Source: a virus (taxonomy: Duplodnaviria; Caudoviricetes). From it: a stretch of 41,525 nucleotides of DNA. The stretch lies in IMG/VR virus record IMGVR_UViG_3300005764_000035, positions 1-41,525 of that record; one strand, 5' to 3'. The translations under genes and the position numbers were made by a program. Position 1 is the first letter of the stretch. Every line of letters starts with the position of its first letter. The notes beneath the pieces are model-generated. The model did not search any database and was not told where the DNA came from. It saw nothing but the letters and a program-made list of their open reading frames with translations. Shown piece by piece: positions 28,006-35,499 of the stretch.

Positions 28006-28464
28006 CTAGTTGGGGGCCAACCCCTGCCCCGGCGGCACCATCACCGCCCGATGCGCGTTCCCCTCCGGCTCCAGACGCGGCAACGGCATCTCGTCATCTG
28101 TGGGGTCGATTCCCAGCCCGCTGTAATCCCACTCGTCGTCCGGTACCCACCGGGCACGAGCATCCAAGCTGGGGTCATCCACCTTGAACGGCTCCTGCGA
28201 GGCCCCCTGCGGCCCCGCCACCGCATCCATCGTCCGCTCCAGAAGCTGCGACTGCGACGCCGACACCCGATCCTGAACGCTCTGCAACGCCGTCATCGCA
28301 TCCGCGAACGCCTGCGTATGAGCCTGCTCCAACCGCTGGGCATGTTCCAGCTTGTCGAGGCGCACACTGTCCACCAGTTGGCGCAACAGCACACTGAACC
28401 GCAACACCGTCACCGTCGACAACGCCGCGAACACCACCGCCAACACCACCACCGCCACGATCAT
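28006..28464 (-). CDS. Membrane-anchored coiled-coil protein
   Basis: N-terminal TM, coiled coil, acidic tail; ATGA overlap. Confidence 0.7.
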   Translation of the reverse strand: MIVAVVVLAVVFAALSTVTVLRFSVLLRQLVDSVRLDKLEHAQRLEQAHTQAFADAMTALQSVQDRVSASQSQLLERTMDAVAGPQGASQEPFKVDDPSLDARARWVPDDEWDYSGLGIDPTDDEMPLPRLEPEGNAHRAVMVPPGQGLAPN

Positions 28465-28709
28465 GCGCCCACCGCATCAGCCAGCCGCCAATGAGGCCCG
28501 TCCATCAGCTCCTCCGGATCAAGACCGAGCACCTCAGCGATCGTCTGCAAATGAGCAGCAGCCGGAGACAACCGCCCCGACACGTAGGAACTCAGCGTGC
28601 GGTTGTTGATGCCCGTCTCAACCGACAGCGCGAACACGGTCATACGACGAGAGCGCAACGTGCGCCCCAGAACGGTGTTATCGCTGCAATAGCCCACGGT
28701 GAGGACCAT
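28461..28709 (-). CDS. XRE-family HTH DNA-binding protein
   Basis: LGRTLRSRRMTVFALSVETGINNRTLSSYVSGRLSP...LQTIAEVLGLDPEEL; first gene of the late strand. Confidence 0.8.
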   Translation of the reverse strand: MVLTVGYCSDNTVLGRTLRSRRMTVFALSVETGINNRTLSSYVSGRLSPAAAHLQTIAEVLGLDPEELMDGPHWRLADAVGA

Positions 28710-29060
28710 AAACCCAGAGTCTCTATACCCCCAAGGGCCTCCCATGCCGTTTCGGCTCCGAGTTGGGCATACCGGGCGAGCGGGGGGGCCGGTGGGCAAG
28801 CCGGGATAGCGTCGGTCGGTCTGCCCCGGCCGGGCGTGGACGTAGGGGCGGGCTCAAGCTCGATGTCGAGCTCGCTGGGCGTGGCGCGTGGGTGGCATGG
28901 GTGGGGCGTGAATGCACGCTGTGCATCGTGGGCTACGTGTGTCCAGGTGCCAGCTCGCGTGCGCTCTACGGGGCGTGTGTGCGGTGTGGTGGCCTTCCGT
29001 GGTGGTGGTGGCCTACGGTGCTGGCGTGGCCGGTGTGACGTAGTTCACACTAATGGTGGT

Positions 29061-29089
29061 ATCGGTAGTGACCGATGGGGGTCTATCAT
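29061..29089 (+). promoter_or_regulatory. Candidate promoter/operator for the accessory array
   Basis: Inverted repeat ATCGGT-agtg-ACCGAT (29061-29076) followed by a -10-like TATCAT (29084-29089). Confidence 0.35.
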
Positions 29090-29137
29090 CGAGACAGTCG
29101 CCTAGTGGATGGGCGAGTAAGACAAGGGAGATTGACC

Positions 29138-29386
29138 ATGAGTGATTCGGATCGTTGTACGTGCCGCGATTTCGGCGGTATGGCGCCGGGCCAGTTTCAT
29201 ACTCGTTGCGCCTACCATGCGGGCCGGGCCGCTAGCGGTAGCCCAGCATGGGCACCCCGTGTGTACGCGGATACGGTGGAGGTGGAAGGCGTGGTCTATC
29301 CCCGGTGCGTGCGTGCCGTGGGGATCACGCGTTGCACCGGCTACGTGACTGATGGTGGCGACGATTGCGGGTCGCATGGTCACTGA
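29138..29386 (+). CDS. Cys/His-rich hypothetical protein (array gene 1)
   Basis: SD ACAAGGGAG; MSDSDRCTCRDF...CGSHGH. Confidence 0.65.
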   Translation: MSDSDRCTCRDFGGMAPGQFHTRCAYHAGRAASGSPAWAPRVYADTVEVEGVVYPRCVRAVGITRCTGYVTDGGDDCGSHGH

Positions 29387-29387
29387 T

Positions 29388-29441
29388 TCAGTGCGTTCTA
29401 GGGTCGTCCCGCGTTGTGGGGCGGCGCCTTGTCCACACTGG
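29388..29441 (+). repeat. Structured intergenic hairpin repeat R1
   Basis: TCAGTGCG-TT-CTAGG-GTCGTCCCGC-gtt-GTGGGGCGGC-G-CCTTG-TC-CACACTGG. Confidence 0.8.
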
Positions 29442-29461
29442 GCAGACAAAGGAGAGAGACC

Positions 29462-29680
29462 ATGACCAGGATTCCACCTACCGTGGGTGAACCGGTGCGA
29501 GCGAAAGACGGAGTAATCATTCCGTCCTATGTGCGATTGTCGGAGAGGCCGCGTGAACGTGGTATGTGCGTTACGGGTCCGCTCGTGCGCGATCCCGCGG
29601 GCTGGTACATCGAATTCCGTTATGCGGGCTGTCGGACGCAGTACCGGAGTTTCTTCGCCTTCGATGAGATCGGCGCCTAG
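29462..29680 (+). CDS. Hypothetical protein (array gene 2)
   Basis: SD ACAAAGGAGAG; its TAG stop lies inside R2. Confidence 0.7.
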   Translation: MTRIPPTVGEPVRAKDGVIIPSYVRLSERPRERGMCVTGPLVRDPAGWYIEFRYAGCRTQYRSFFAFDEIGA

Positions 29681-29729
29681 CGCGTTCACACTGTCACCCG
29701 GCTACGGGTGGCGTGTGTGTCGGCACTAG
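29677..29729 (+). repeat. Structured intergenic hairpin repeat R2
   Basis: CTAGCGCG-TT-CACAC-T-GTCACCCG-gcta-CGGGTGGC-GT-GTGTG-TC-GGCACTAG. Confidence 0.85.
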
Positions 29730-29755
29730 TCGGCAGTGAGACAGGAGAGGAACCA

Positions 29756-30079
29756 ATGACTGATTACGTAGACGAAGACGAGACCGGCCGCACGGTCGAA
29801 GATCTCTTGGACGACGCACCGGACGAGTGTGACGCGGTGGCACGGTTGTACTCGTGGAGTACGAACTTCGATGCGGGTACGGGTCCGATGACGTTGTTTC
29901 TGGATCTCATTGGATGGTCTGAGGAGCACATCGGCGAAGCGTTGTATCCGTTGGGCAAGGCCAGTCTCGGCTATATGGAGCTGGACAAGCTGGCCGCGGC
30001 GTTGTCCGCGTACGCGGATCGGCCCCAGGATGTGCGCGAGTACGTGGACGCGTTGTTGGAAGCAGAGGGTCGCGAGTAG
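29756..30079 (+). CDS. Acidic hypothetical protein (array gene 3)
   Basis: SD CAGGAGAGGA; MTDYVDEDETG... Confidence 0.8.
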   Translation: MTDYVDEDETGRTVEDLLDDAPDECDAVARLYSWSTNFDAGTGPMTLFLDLIGWSEEHIGEALYPLGKASLGYMELDKLAAALSAYADRPQDVREYVDALLEAEGRE

Positions 30080-30136
30080 CTAGCACGTTCTCCCCGTCAC
30101 CTGACCCGGTTCGGGTGGCGCGGGTGTCCGTACTAG
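30080..30136 (+). repeat. Structured intergenic hairpin repeat R3
   Basis: CTAGCACG-TT-CTCCC-CGTCACCTGA-cccggt-TCGGGTGGCG-C-GGGTG-TC-CGTACTAG. Confidence 0.85.
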
Positions 30137-30162
30137 CGGGCTATGACACAAGGAGAAAAAAC

Positions 30163-30699
30163 ATGATGAAGTTGACTGACCTCAAGCGCGTGGTCGGGAA
30201 GGGCACGAAAGACGATCCGGCCCGGTTGTTCCTGACGGAACATGACGGAACGCTGTACGCCACGAACAGCTACTGGCTGGTGAAAGCGGAACGAGTGGCG
30301 CCGTTGTTGGCGCACTACAACCTGCCCTCGAACCAGCCAGGGGCGTACAACGTGAACGGTTCAGTTGAGCCGCGCGACCAGGAACCGCCGAACGTAGGCG
30401 GTCTCTTGAAGGGTGCGGAGTCGTGGCCGGTGTTGGAGCGGTTGCACGCTCATGGTCGGCCGGTGTTCTGGCCTTGCCCGACGGGCGGCTATCTGGCCGC
30501 GTTCGAATCGTCCCCGTTCTTCCGCAAGGGTGACGGTTCGGATGAGCCGACTCCGGTCGCGCTGAACAGCGACTATCTGGCGTTCTTGACGACGGGTTTG
30601 GCGGATCCGGTGTTCCGCCAAAACGGGCCGAGGAAAGCGGTCGCGGTGTTCGATGGTGACGATTTCGTCGGTCTGGTGATGCCGGTTCGGTTGGCCTAG
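30163..30699 (+). CDS. Beta-sliding-clamp-like protein, truncated (array gene 4)
   Basis: LYATNSYWL, VALNSDYL and C-terminal FVGLVMPVRL resemble DnaN domain II/III motifs; only 178 aa; SD ACAAGGAG. Confidence 0.55.
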   Translation: MMKLTDLKRVVGKGTKDDPARLFLTEHDGTLYATNSYWLVKAERVAPLLAHYNLPSNQPGAYNVNGSVEPRDQEPPNVGGLLKGAESWPVLERLHAHGRPVFWPCPTGGYLAAFESSPFFRKGDGSDEPTPVALNSDYLAFLTTGLADPVFRQNGPRKAVAVFDGDDFVGLVMPVRLA

Positions 30700-30750
30700 C
30701 ACGTTCTTGCCCGTACCGGGGTTTCCCGGTGCGGTGCATGTCCGTACTGG
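30696..30750 (+). repeat. Structured intergenic hairpin repeat R4
   Basis: CTAGCACG-TT-CTTGC-CCGTACCGGG-gttt-CCCGGTGCGG-T-GCATG-TC-CGTACTGG. Confidence 0.85.
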
Positions 30751-30771
30751 ACTGAACAAAGGAGAGAAACC

Positions 30772-30987
30772 ATGACCATCTGTCGCTACTGCGGTCGGCG
30801 CATCGTGCACGAGAACGGTGCGTGGATCGACCCGGAGGCAACCGGCGATGACAGCGTGTGGCGCGAGACGTGCGACGCTCACGACACGTTCACAGCCGAA
30901 CACGAGCCCGGAAGCCCTGGTCTTGACGAAATGGTGGAGCAAGGCACACAGGACGCGGCGACGGCGATCATTGAGCGTTACTCGTGA
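30772..30987 (+). CDS. Small Zn-binding hypothetical protein (array gene 5)
   Basis: CRYC...W...C...HEP; SD ACAAAGGAGAG. Confidence 0.75.
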   Translation: MTICRYCGRRIVHENGAWIDPEATGDDSVWRETCDAHDTFTAEHEPGSPGLDEMVEQGTQDAATAIIERYS

Positions 30988-31208
30988 CCGCGACGCCGTT
31001 GTCGCTGGATGACCCGGCGGGCTTCGTGGACGCGGTCACCCGACCCGGTTCGTACACGTTCGATTGTGGCGAGGCGGGCTCGGATCGGCGGGCCGATGCC
31101 GACAACGTGCTGAAGGCGTCGCGTCGTGCCGCGGCGGCGCACGGGTACCGGCTGGTGGGGGTGGCGCGAGCTGGTGTGACCTACTGGTTCGACGTGGTGC
31201 CGTCATGA
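30984..31208 (+). CDS. Hypothetical protein
   Basis: GTGA overlap with the upstream gene. Confidence 0.65.
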   Translation: MTATPLSLDDPAGFVDAVTRPGSYTFDCGEAGSDRRADADNVLKASRRAAAAHGYRLVGVARAGVTYWFDVVPS

Positions 31209-31543
31209 AGCGAGCACGACCCACCGTGCCGGGTCCGTACGTGATCCAGCGCGACGACGAGGCGGTAACGATGTGCGAGGAGCCGCACCCCGTCCGGTTC
31301 AGCATGAAGCGCCGACCGGAGCACGAGTACGGCGAGCCGTGGGAGCGGCGCTGGGCGGTGGACCGCTGGCCTGATGCTCGCGGCTACCGCTGTCCCGGCG
31401 ACCAGGACCACTTCTACACGGTCTGGACGGTCTACAACGGTGCCGACGAGGACGAGGCGAACGTCGGCACGTTCGACGAGTACCGCGAGGCGGTCGCGGC
31501 GTGCGACGACGCGAACCGCGAAGCGAACCGCTCGGCGCTCTAG
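31205..31543 (+). CDS. Hypothetical protein
   Basis: ATGA overlap; its stop shares CTAG with the convergent integrase stop. Confidence 0.7.
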   Translation: MKRARPTVPGPYVIQRDDEAVTMCEEPHPVRFSMKRRPEHEYGEPWERRWAVDRWPDARGYRCPGDQDHFYTVWTVYNGADEDEANVGTFDEYREAVAACDDANREANRSAL

Positions 31544-32757
31544 CCCAGGATCCGGGCGATGTACGCGGCCATGTCCGCGTCGTCGCTCGCGTAGGTGCCG
31601 TGGGCGTACACGTTGGTCAGGGTCGCTTCTTGGCGGTGTCCTGACCGTTCTTTGACGCGTCCGGGCCGGAACCCGCCGTCGAGGAGCTGGGTGAAGTGGG
31701 AGTGGCGGAGGGCTCGGAGCTGGTGGTCACCCGACCCCGCTCGGTCCCGTAGCTCGTAGAACCGTCGCGTCCACCAGCGGGGTCGGTGGGGCCAGTGGTC
31801 ACCCGACCCGTTCCATTCCGGCGGTGGGGTTTCGGACACGTCGTCGTAGAACAGCCAGCCGTCGGGGTAGTCGAGGCTGAGGGCGAGGTTGTAGGTGTCG
31901 CGGTCGATGCTGAGGACGCGCTCGTCGCCGGTCTTGGTGCCCTTGACGATCATGCCGGAGCCTTGGCCGTAGGGGTAGGGGCCACCGAGGCGGGGGAACT
32001 CCGACAGCGCTCGCGAGATCGTGAGCCGTGGCTGACCGTTCACCAGCGCGAAGTCGTCCCGTTGCAGGGCCGCGGTCTCGCCTGGTCGCGCCCCGGTGTA
32101 GGCCGACAGCCGGAGATGGGCGTAGAGCCGTTGGTCGTCCAGTTCGCTGGCGTGCGCCAAGTAGGCCTTGATGGCAGCCAGCGGGAGCGCGGGGGTGGGC
32201 TCGGCGTTGAGGGGGAAGCGGCGCAGGCGTACGAGAGCCGCGGGGTTGTCGGTGCGCCATCCTGCTCGTTGGGCGTCGGCGAAGGCGGGGTTGATGATGC
32301 CGTGGAGGCGTCGGATGTAGCCGCCGCCGATGTTCTTGATGGGCCGGTTGACGTGGTGGTTGGTGGCGCAGATCCCGCACCCGACCCGGTCTCGTTGCAT
32401 GTGGCGGTAGAAGGTTTCGAGATGGGCGAAGGTCAAGGCGGCGGCAGGGTGGTGGCCGAGGTGGGGGATGAGGATCTGGTCGATGATGGTGCGGATGGAG
32501 GCCTGTTCCCGTTGTCCCCAGCGGTCGTAGTTCTCCGTCCAGTAGGCGCCCAGGACGGTGGCGACCGTGGCTTCGGCGGCGGTAATGCCCAGCTCGGTCT
32601 TGAGGGCGTCGACCGCGGCGCGTTTGTCGTCGTCGGTGGCGTCGGGGCCAAGGCGAAGGGTGCGCCTGACCCGCTTGGGTTCACCCCAGGGACTGGGGAC
32701 GTAGAGGCGGACGCTGATGGTCCCGTTGCCGCGATCGTCGATAGTGCCGTCTTGCAT
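31540..32757 (-). CDS. int: Tyrosine recombinase / phage integrase
   Basis: N-terminal arm-binding-like domain; YTGARPGE (R), KGTKTG (K), RALRH, RSGH, NVYAH (Y); start taken at ATG 32757. Confidence 0.92.
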   Translation of the reverse strand: MQDGTIDDRGNGTISVRLYVPSPWGEPKRVRRTLRLGPDATDDDKRAAVDALKTELGITAAEATVATVLGAYWTENYDRWGQREQASIRTIIDQILIPHLGHHPAAALTFAHLETFYRHMQRDRVGCGICATNHHVNRPIKNIGGGYIRRLHGIINPAFADAQRAGWRTDNPAALVRLRRFPLNAEPTPALPLAAIKAYLAHASELDDQRLYAHLRLSAYTGARPGETAALQRDDFALVNGQPRLTISRALSEFPRLGGPYPYGQGSGMIVKGTKTGDERVLSIDRDTYNLALSLDYPDGWLFYDDVSETPPPEWNGSGDHWPHRPRWWTRRFYELRDRAGSGDHQLRALRHSHFTQLLDGGFRPGRVKERSGHRQEATLTNVYAHGTYASDDADMAAYIARILG

Positions 32758-32775
32758 GATGCGGATGGTAGACCG

Positions 32776-33101
32776 AAGTGCATCGTGGCGTCTCATCGGG
32801 GGTGATCCACAGCCTGTGTGCAAGGTTGTGGACGGTTGCACGGTGATGCGTTCGGTGCATGGGGGGACGGGCTCGGTGGAGGGCTCAGGAACGGCGTGGT
32901 CCTGTCTGGTCCGGTGGCGACGGGACCGGATTGTAAGCGCGGGTGCGCATAAGTGCTGGTCGGTAGGGGTTTCGGCCGCATAGATGGTCTCAACATGATG
33001 AATAACACTGCATAAGGGTGGGGGCGCAAACATGCAGGTAGGGCGGTAGTTCGCGGTATGGGCGCATCGAATTAGCACGCATGGAATGACGTGCATCAAG
33101 G
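32776..33101. other. Candidate attP region
   Basis: Non-coding gap upstream of int with an AT-rich centre (~32980-33015), flanked by RYGCATS repeats at 32778 and 32855 and in tandem at 33062, 33077 and 33091. Confidence 0.4.
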
Positions 33102-33304
33102 GCTCGGTCCCATCGGTTGGGACTCCCTCGGAGCAATGCACACTGATGCGTGGCGCGCAGTTCTCGGTACCATCCAGCGATGGTGGGCGCAAATGTGCCT
33201 CTTGCATCGTGTTGCGCGTGTTCGTAGGTTGCGGTGAGCGAACAGGGCGTGGCTGTTGCGCAAGCTGGGGATGAACAGCAAGAGCTTGCGAGGGGGATGC
33301 GTTC

Positions 33305-33928
33305 ATGGTCGGTGTCTCGTTGAACGGCCGAGTCAACGCCGAGTTGTTCCTGCCCGGGGTGCGTGCCGTGGGGTGGACGGTGTGCCTGATCGAGTTGATC
33401 GTGCAGCACGACACCGAGGGCGAGGACATGATCGTGCTCGCCGCGGGGTTGGCGTGTTTCGCGGTGTCGTTATGGATGACGCGCCGTGCGCTGCCCCGCG
33501 GTTGTTCGTCGCGGTGGCTGCCGGGGGTGCCGTGCCCGTTCTGGCCCGCGTTGATGGGGGAGTTGGCGTTGGCGCAGTGGTTGAGTCACGGTGATCTCAA
33601 CTCGTGGGGGGCGCAGGTGGTGTTCGTGGCGGGGGTGATCGCGGCCACGTTCCTGGCTGTTCGTTCGGTGGTGGTGGTGGGGCTCGTGACCGCGGGGGCG
33701 ACGGCGGTGGCCGACTGGTATGAGGGTTCGTTGCGGGTCAACGCCACGGCCACGGGCCGGTGGCTGTTGACGTTCGCCGTCATCATGGTGGTGCTCGGGG
33801 TGGTGTGGCGCATGGTGGCCGACACCTACGAGCAGTATGAGATCAGCATGAACGAGGCCGATGTGACGGTGCAGGACGCGATGGCAGCGGTGGCCGACGT
33901 GCGCCGTCAACTGAGCGACGAGGAATAG
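33305..33928 (+). CDS. Multi-pass membrane protein (start uncertain, possibly 33428)
   Basis: Several hydrophobic segments and an acidic coiled-coil C-terminus. Confidence 0.65.
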   Translation: MVGVSLNGRVNAELFLPGVRAVGWTVCLIELIVQHDTEGEDMIVLAAGLACFAVSLWMTRRALPRGCSSRWLPGVPCPFWPALMGELALAQWLSHGDLNSWGAQVVFVAGVIAATFLAVRSVVVVGLVTAGATAVADWYEGSLRVNATATGRWLLTFAVIMVVLGVVWRMVADTYEQYEISMNEADVTVQDAMAAVADVRRQLSDEE

Positions 33929-34001
33929 CAGGGCATGACAAGTAACCGAGGTTCCATGTGAGCCCCATGACGCAACGGCTCGTCATGGGGCATGATCCGA
34001 T

Positions 34002-34544
34002 GTGGTGAGTGTCGCTAGCTATCGGTTCAACAACGATCTGCGTTACCGGGGCGAGGGCCACGAGGCGCAACGGCAGTTGACTCCGCCGTATCTGTTGGAA
34101 CCGGTGCGGAAGGTTCTCGGGGGCATCGGCCTTGACCCGTGTACGGAGCCTGACAACCCGACTAACGCCGAGCGGTTCTACATCGAGGCCGATGATGGTC
34201 TGACGCGGCTGTGGTGGACGGTGGACTGGTCGCCGTCCGTGTATGTAAATCCTCCGTACTCAAAGGCTCGGGAACCGTGGGTCAAGGCTTGCGTCGCCGC
34301 CGGAGCGCGTGGTCAGCCGGTAGTGCTCTTGATCCCCTCGCACACGGATACCCGAATCTGGCATTACGCGATGCGGTCGGTCGATCAGGTGTGTTTCCTC
34401 AGAGGACGGGTGAAGTTCGGCGTGCTTCGTGAGAACAGACGGCAGGAGGCCGCGTCACACCCGAGCGCCCTGTTGGGTTGGAATGTTGACTTGACGCCAT
34501 GCAGACCGCTCGGCTGCGTCATCGCGGTTGGGCATACGAAGTAA
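34002..34544 (+). CDS. Phage DNA N6-adenine methyltransferase (phage Dam-type)
   Basis: TPP...LDPC, VYVNPPYS, LLIPSHTDTRIWH, FLRGRVKF motifs. Confidence 0.88.
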   Translation: MVSVASYRFNNDLRYRGEGHEAQRQLTPPYLLEPVRKVLGGIGLDPCTEPDNPTNAERFYIEADDGLTRLWWTVDWSPSVYVNPPYSKAREPWVKACVAAGARGQPVVLLIPSHTDTRIWHYAMRSVDQVCFLRGRVKFGVLRENRRQEAASHPSALLGWNVDLTPCRPLGCVIAVGHTK

Positions 34545-34568
34545 CGGGTGTTCCTTGCCCGCTGCTGG

Positions 34569-34937
34569 TCAGCGTTTGCGGTGCAGCTCCTCGCGCAACT
34601 GGTCGACCTGACGTTGGAGGGCGGCGAAGTCGTCGCGCAGTGACTCCAGGGTGGTGGGCGGCGCTCCTCCTCCCACCATGGTCCACACCTGGTCGACGGT
34701 GACACCGATGTAGTCGGCGACGTGTCCGTACTGGATGGAGGGGGGCGCGGTCTCGCCTGTCTCCCACCGGTGGTAGCTGGTCTGGTGGATGGCGAAGTAG
34801 TGGGCGGCGTCGGCCTGGCTGGCGTGTCGCCGTAACCGTTCGGCGCGTAGCCGTCGTCCCAGTTCGGTGGGCTCGGTTGCCGCCTTGCGTTTGCGTGTCG
34901 GTCGCTTGCGCGTTGGGTTCATGGGCGAGCCGTGCAT
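34569..34937 (-). CDS. XRE-family immunity repressor
   Basis: LGRRLRAERLRRHASQADAAHYFAIHQTSYHRWETGETAP HTH; C-terminal coiled coil; divergent from the xis-like gene. Confidence 0.82.
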   Translation of the reverse strand: MHGSPMNPTRKRPTRKRKAATEPTELGRRLRAERLRRHASQADAAHYFAIHQTSYHRWETGETAPPSIQYGHVADYIGVTVDQVWTMVGGGAPPTTLESLRDDFAALQRQVDQLREELHRKR

Positions 34938-34991
34938 TTTTCTTCACCGATCTCTGGCGTCACCGGGGATGTAGGCCTATGGTCGGCGCGC
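34938..34991. promoter_or_regulatory. Divergent repressor/early promoter region
   Basis: 54-bp gap with a TCACCG direct repeat and a -10-like TATGGT 8 nt before the ATG (possible leaderless transcript). Confidence 0.4.
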
Positions 34992-35291
34992 ATGACAGCA
35001 AAGTCCGCGAACCGTCCTGTTGTCGTCAGGGAAGTACTCACCATCGAGGATGCAGCGGCGACGTTGCATCTGAGTGTGACGCACTGCAAACGGCTGGCGG
35101 CTCGGGGCGAGCTGCCCGGTGCGTACAAGATCGGGAAAGTGTGGCGTGTCAACGCTGACACCTTCTCGTCGTGGTTGGACGCACTTGGTGAGGGTACATC
35201 ACCGAACAGGGCGCTAATTAGCAGTGATGCGGGCTCCGCATCGAAACCGGTGGGCGTGACCGAGGATCCGCCCCTTCGACGCGCCCAGTAA
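34992..35291 (+). CDS. Excisionase / Cro-like winged-HTH protein
   Basis: VLTIEDAAATLHLSVTHCKRLAARGELPGAYKIGKVWRV pattern. Confidence 0.82.
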   Translation: MTAKSANRPVVVREVLTIEDAAATLHLSVTHCKRLAARGELPGAYKIGKVWRVNADTFSSWLDALGEGTSPNRALISSDAGSASKPVGVTEDPPLRRAQ

Positions 35292-35295
35292 GGCG

Positions 35296-35499
35296 GTGCC
35301 CGAGCAGCTACCGCTGTTCGCCGACGACGGGCTGGAGGTCGCCGAGCACGGCAAGGGCAAGCGGGCGTGGGCTCGGATCTCGTGCCGGGAGTGCAAGACG
35401 GTGCTGGTGGTCACCGAGGGCGCGGTGGACACCGCCAAGCAACTGGCGTTGACCAACGTGGGCCGCAACCCGTGTTGTGACCGGTGGCGTCATGGGTGA
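35296..35499 (+). CDS. Small Cys-containing hypothetical protein
   Basis: CREC...CC; tiles the operon. Confidence 0.6.
   Translation: MPEQLPLFADDGLEVAEHGKGKRAWARISCRECKTVLVVTEGAVDTAKQLALTNVGRNPCCDRWRHG

Noticed and set aside
29388-30750. Repeats as a CRISPR array, canonical integron attC sites or intrinsic terminators
   Set aside because: The spacers are whole genes. There are no RYYYAAC/GTTRRRY boxes and no U-tracts, and the conserved internal loop is not a terminator feature.
32942-32952. GGTGCGCATAA, identical to the E. coli dif XerC arm
   Set aside because: No XerD-like arm follows at the 6-bp spacing; probably part of the local GCAT repeat family or chance.
32758-33429. N-terminal extension making the integrase 629 aa
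   Set aside because: The extension lacks protein-like features and overlaps the att-like gap and a plus-strand gene; the integrase domain starts at MQDG (32757).
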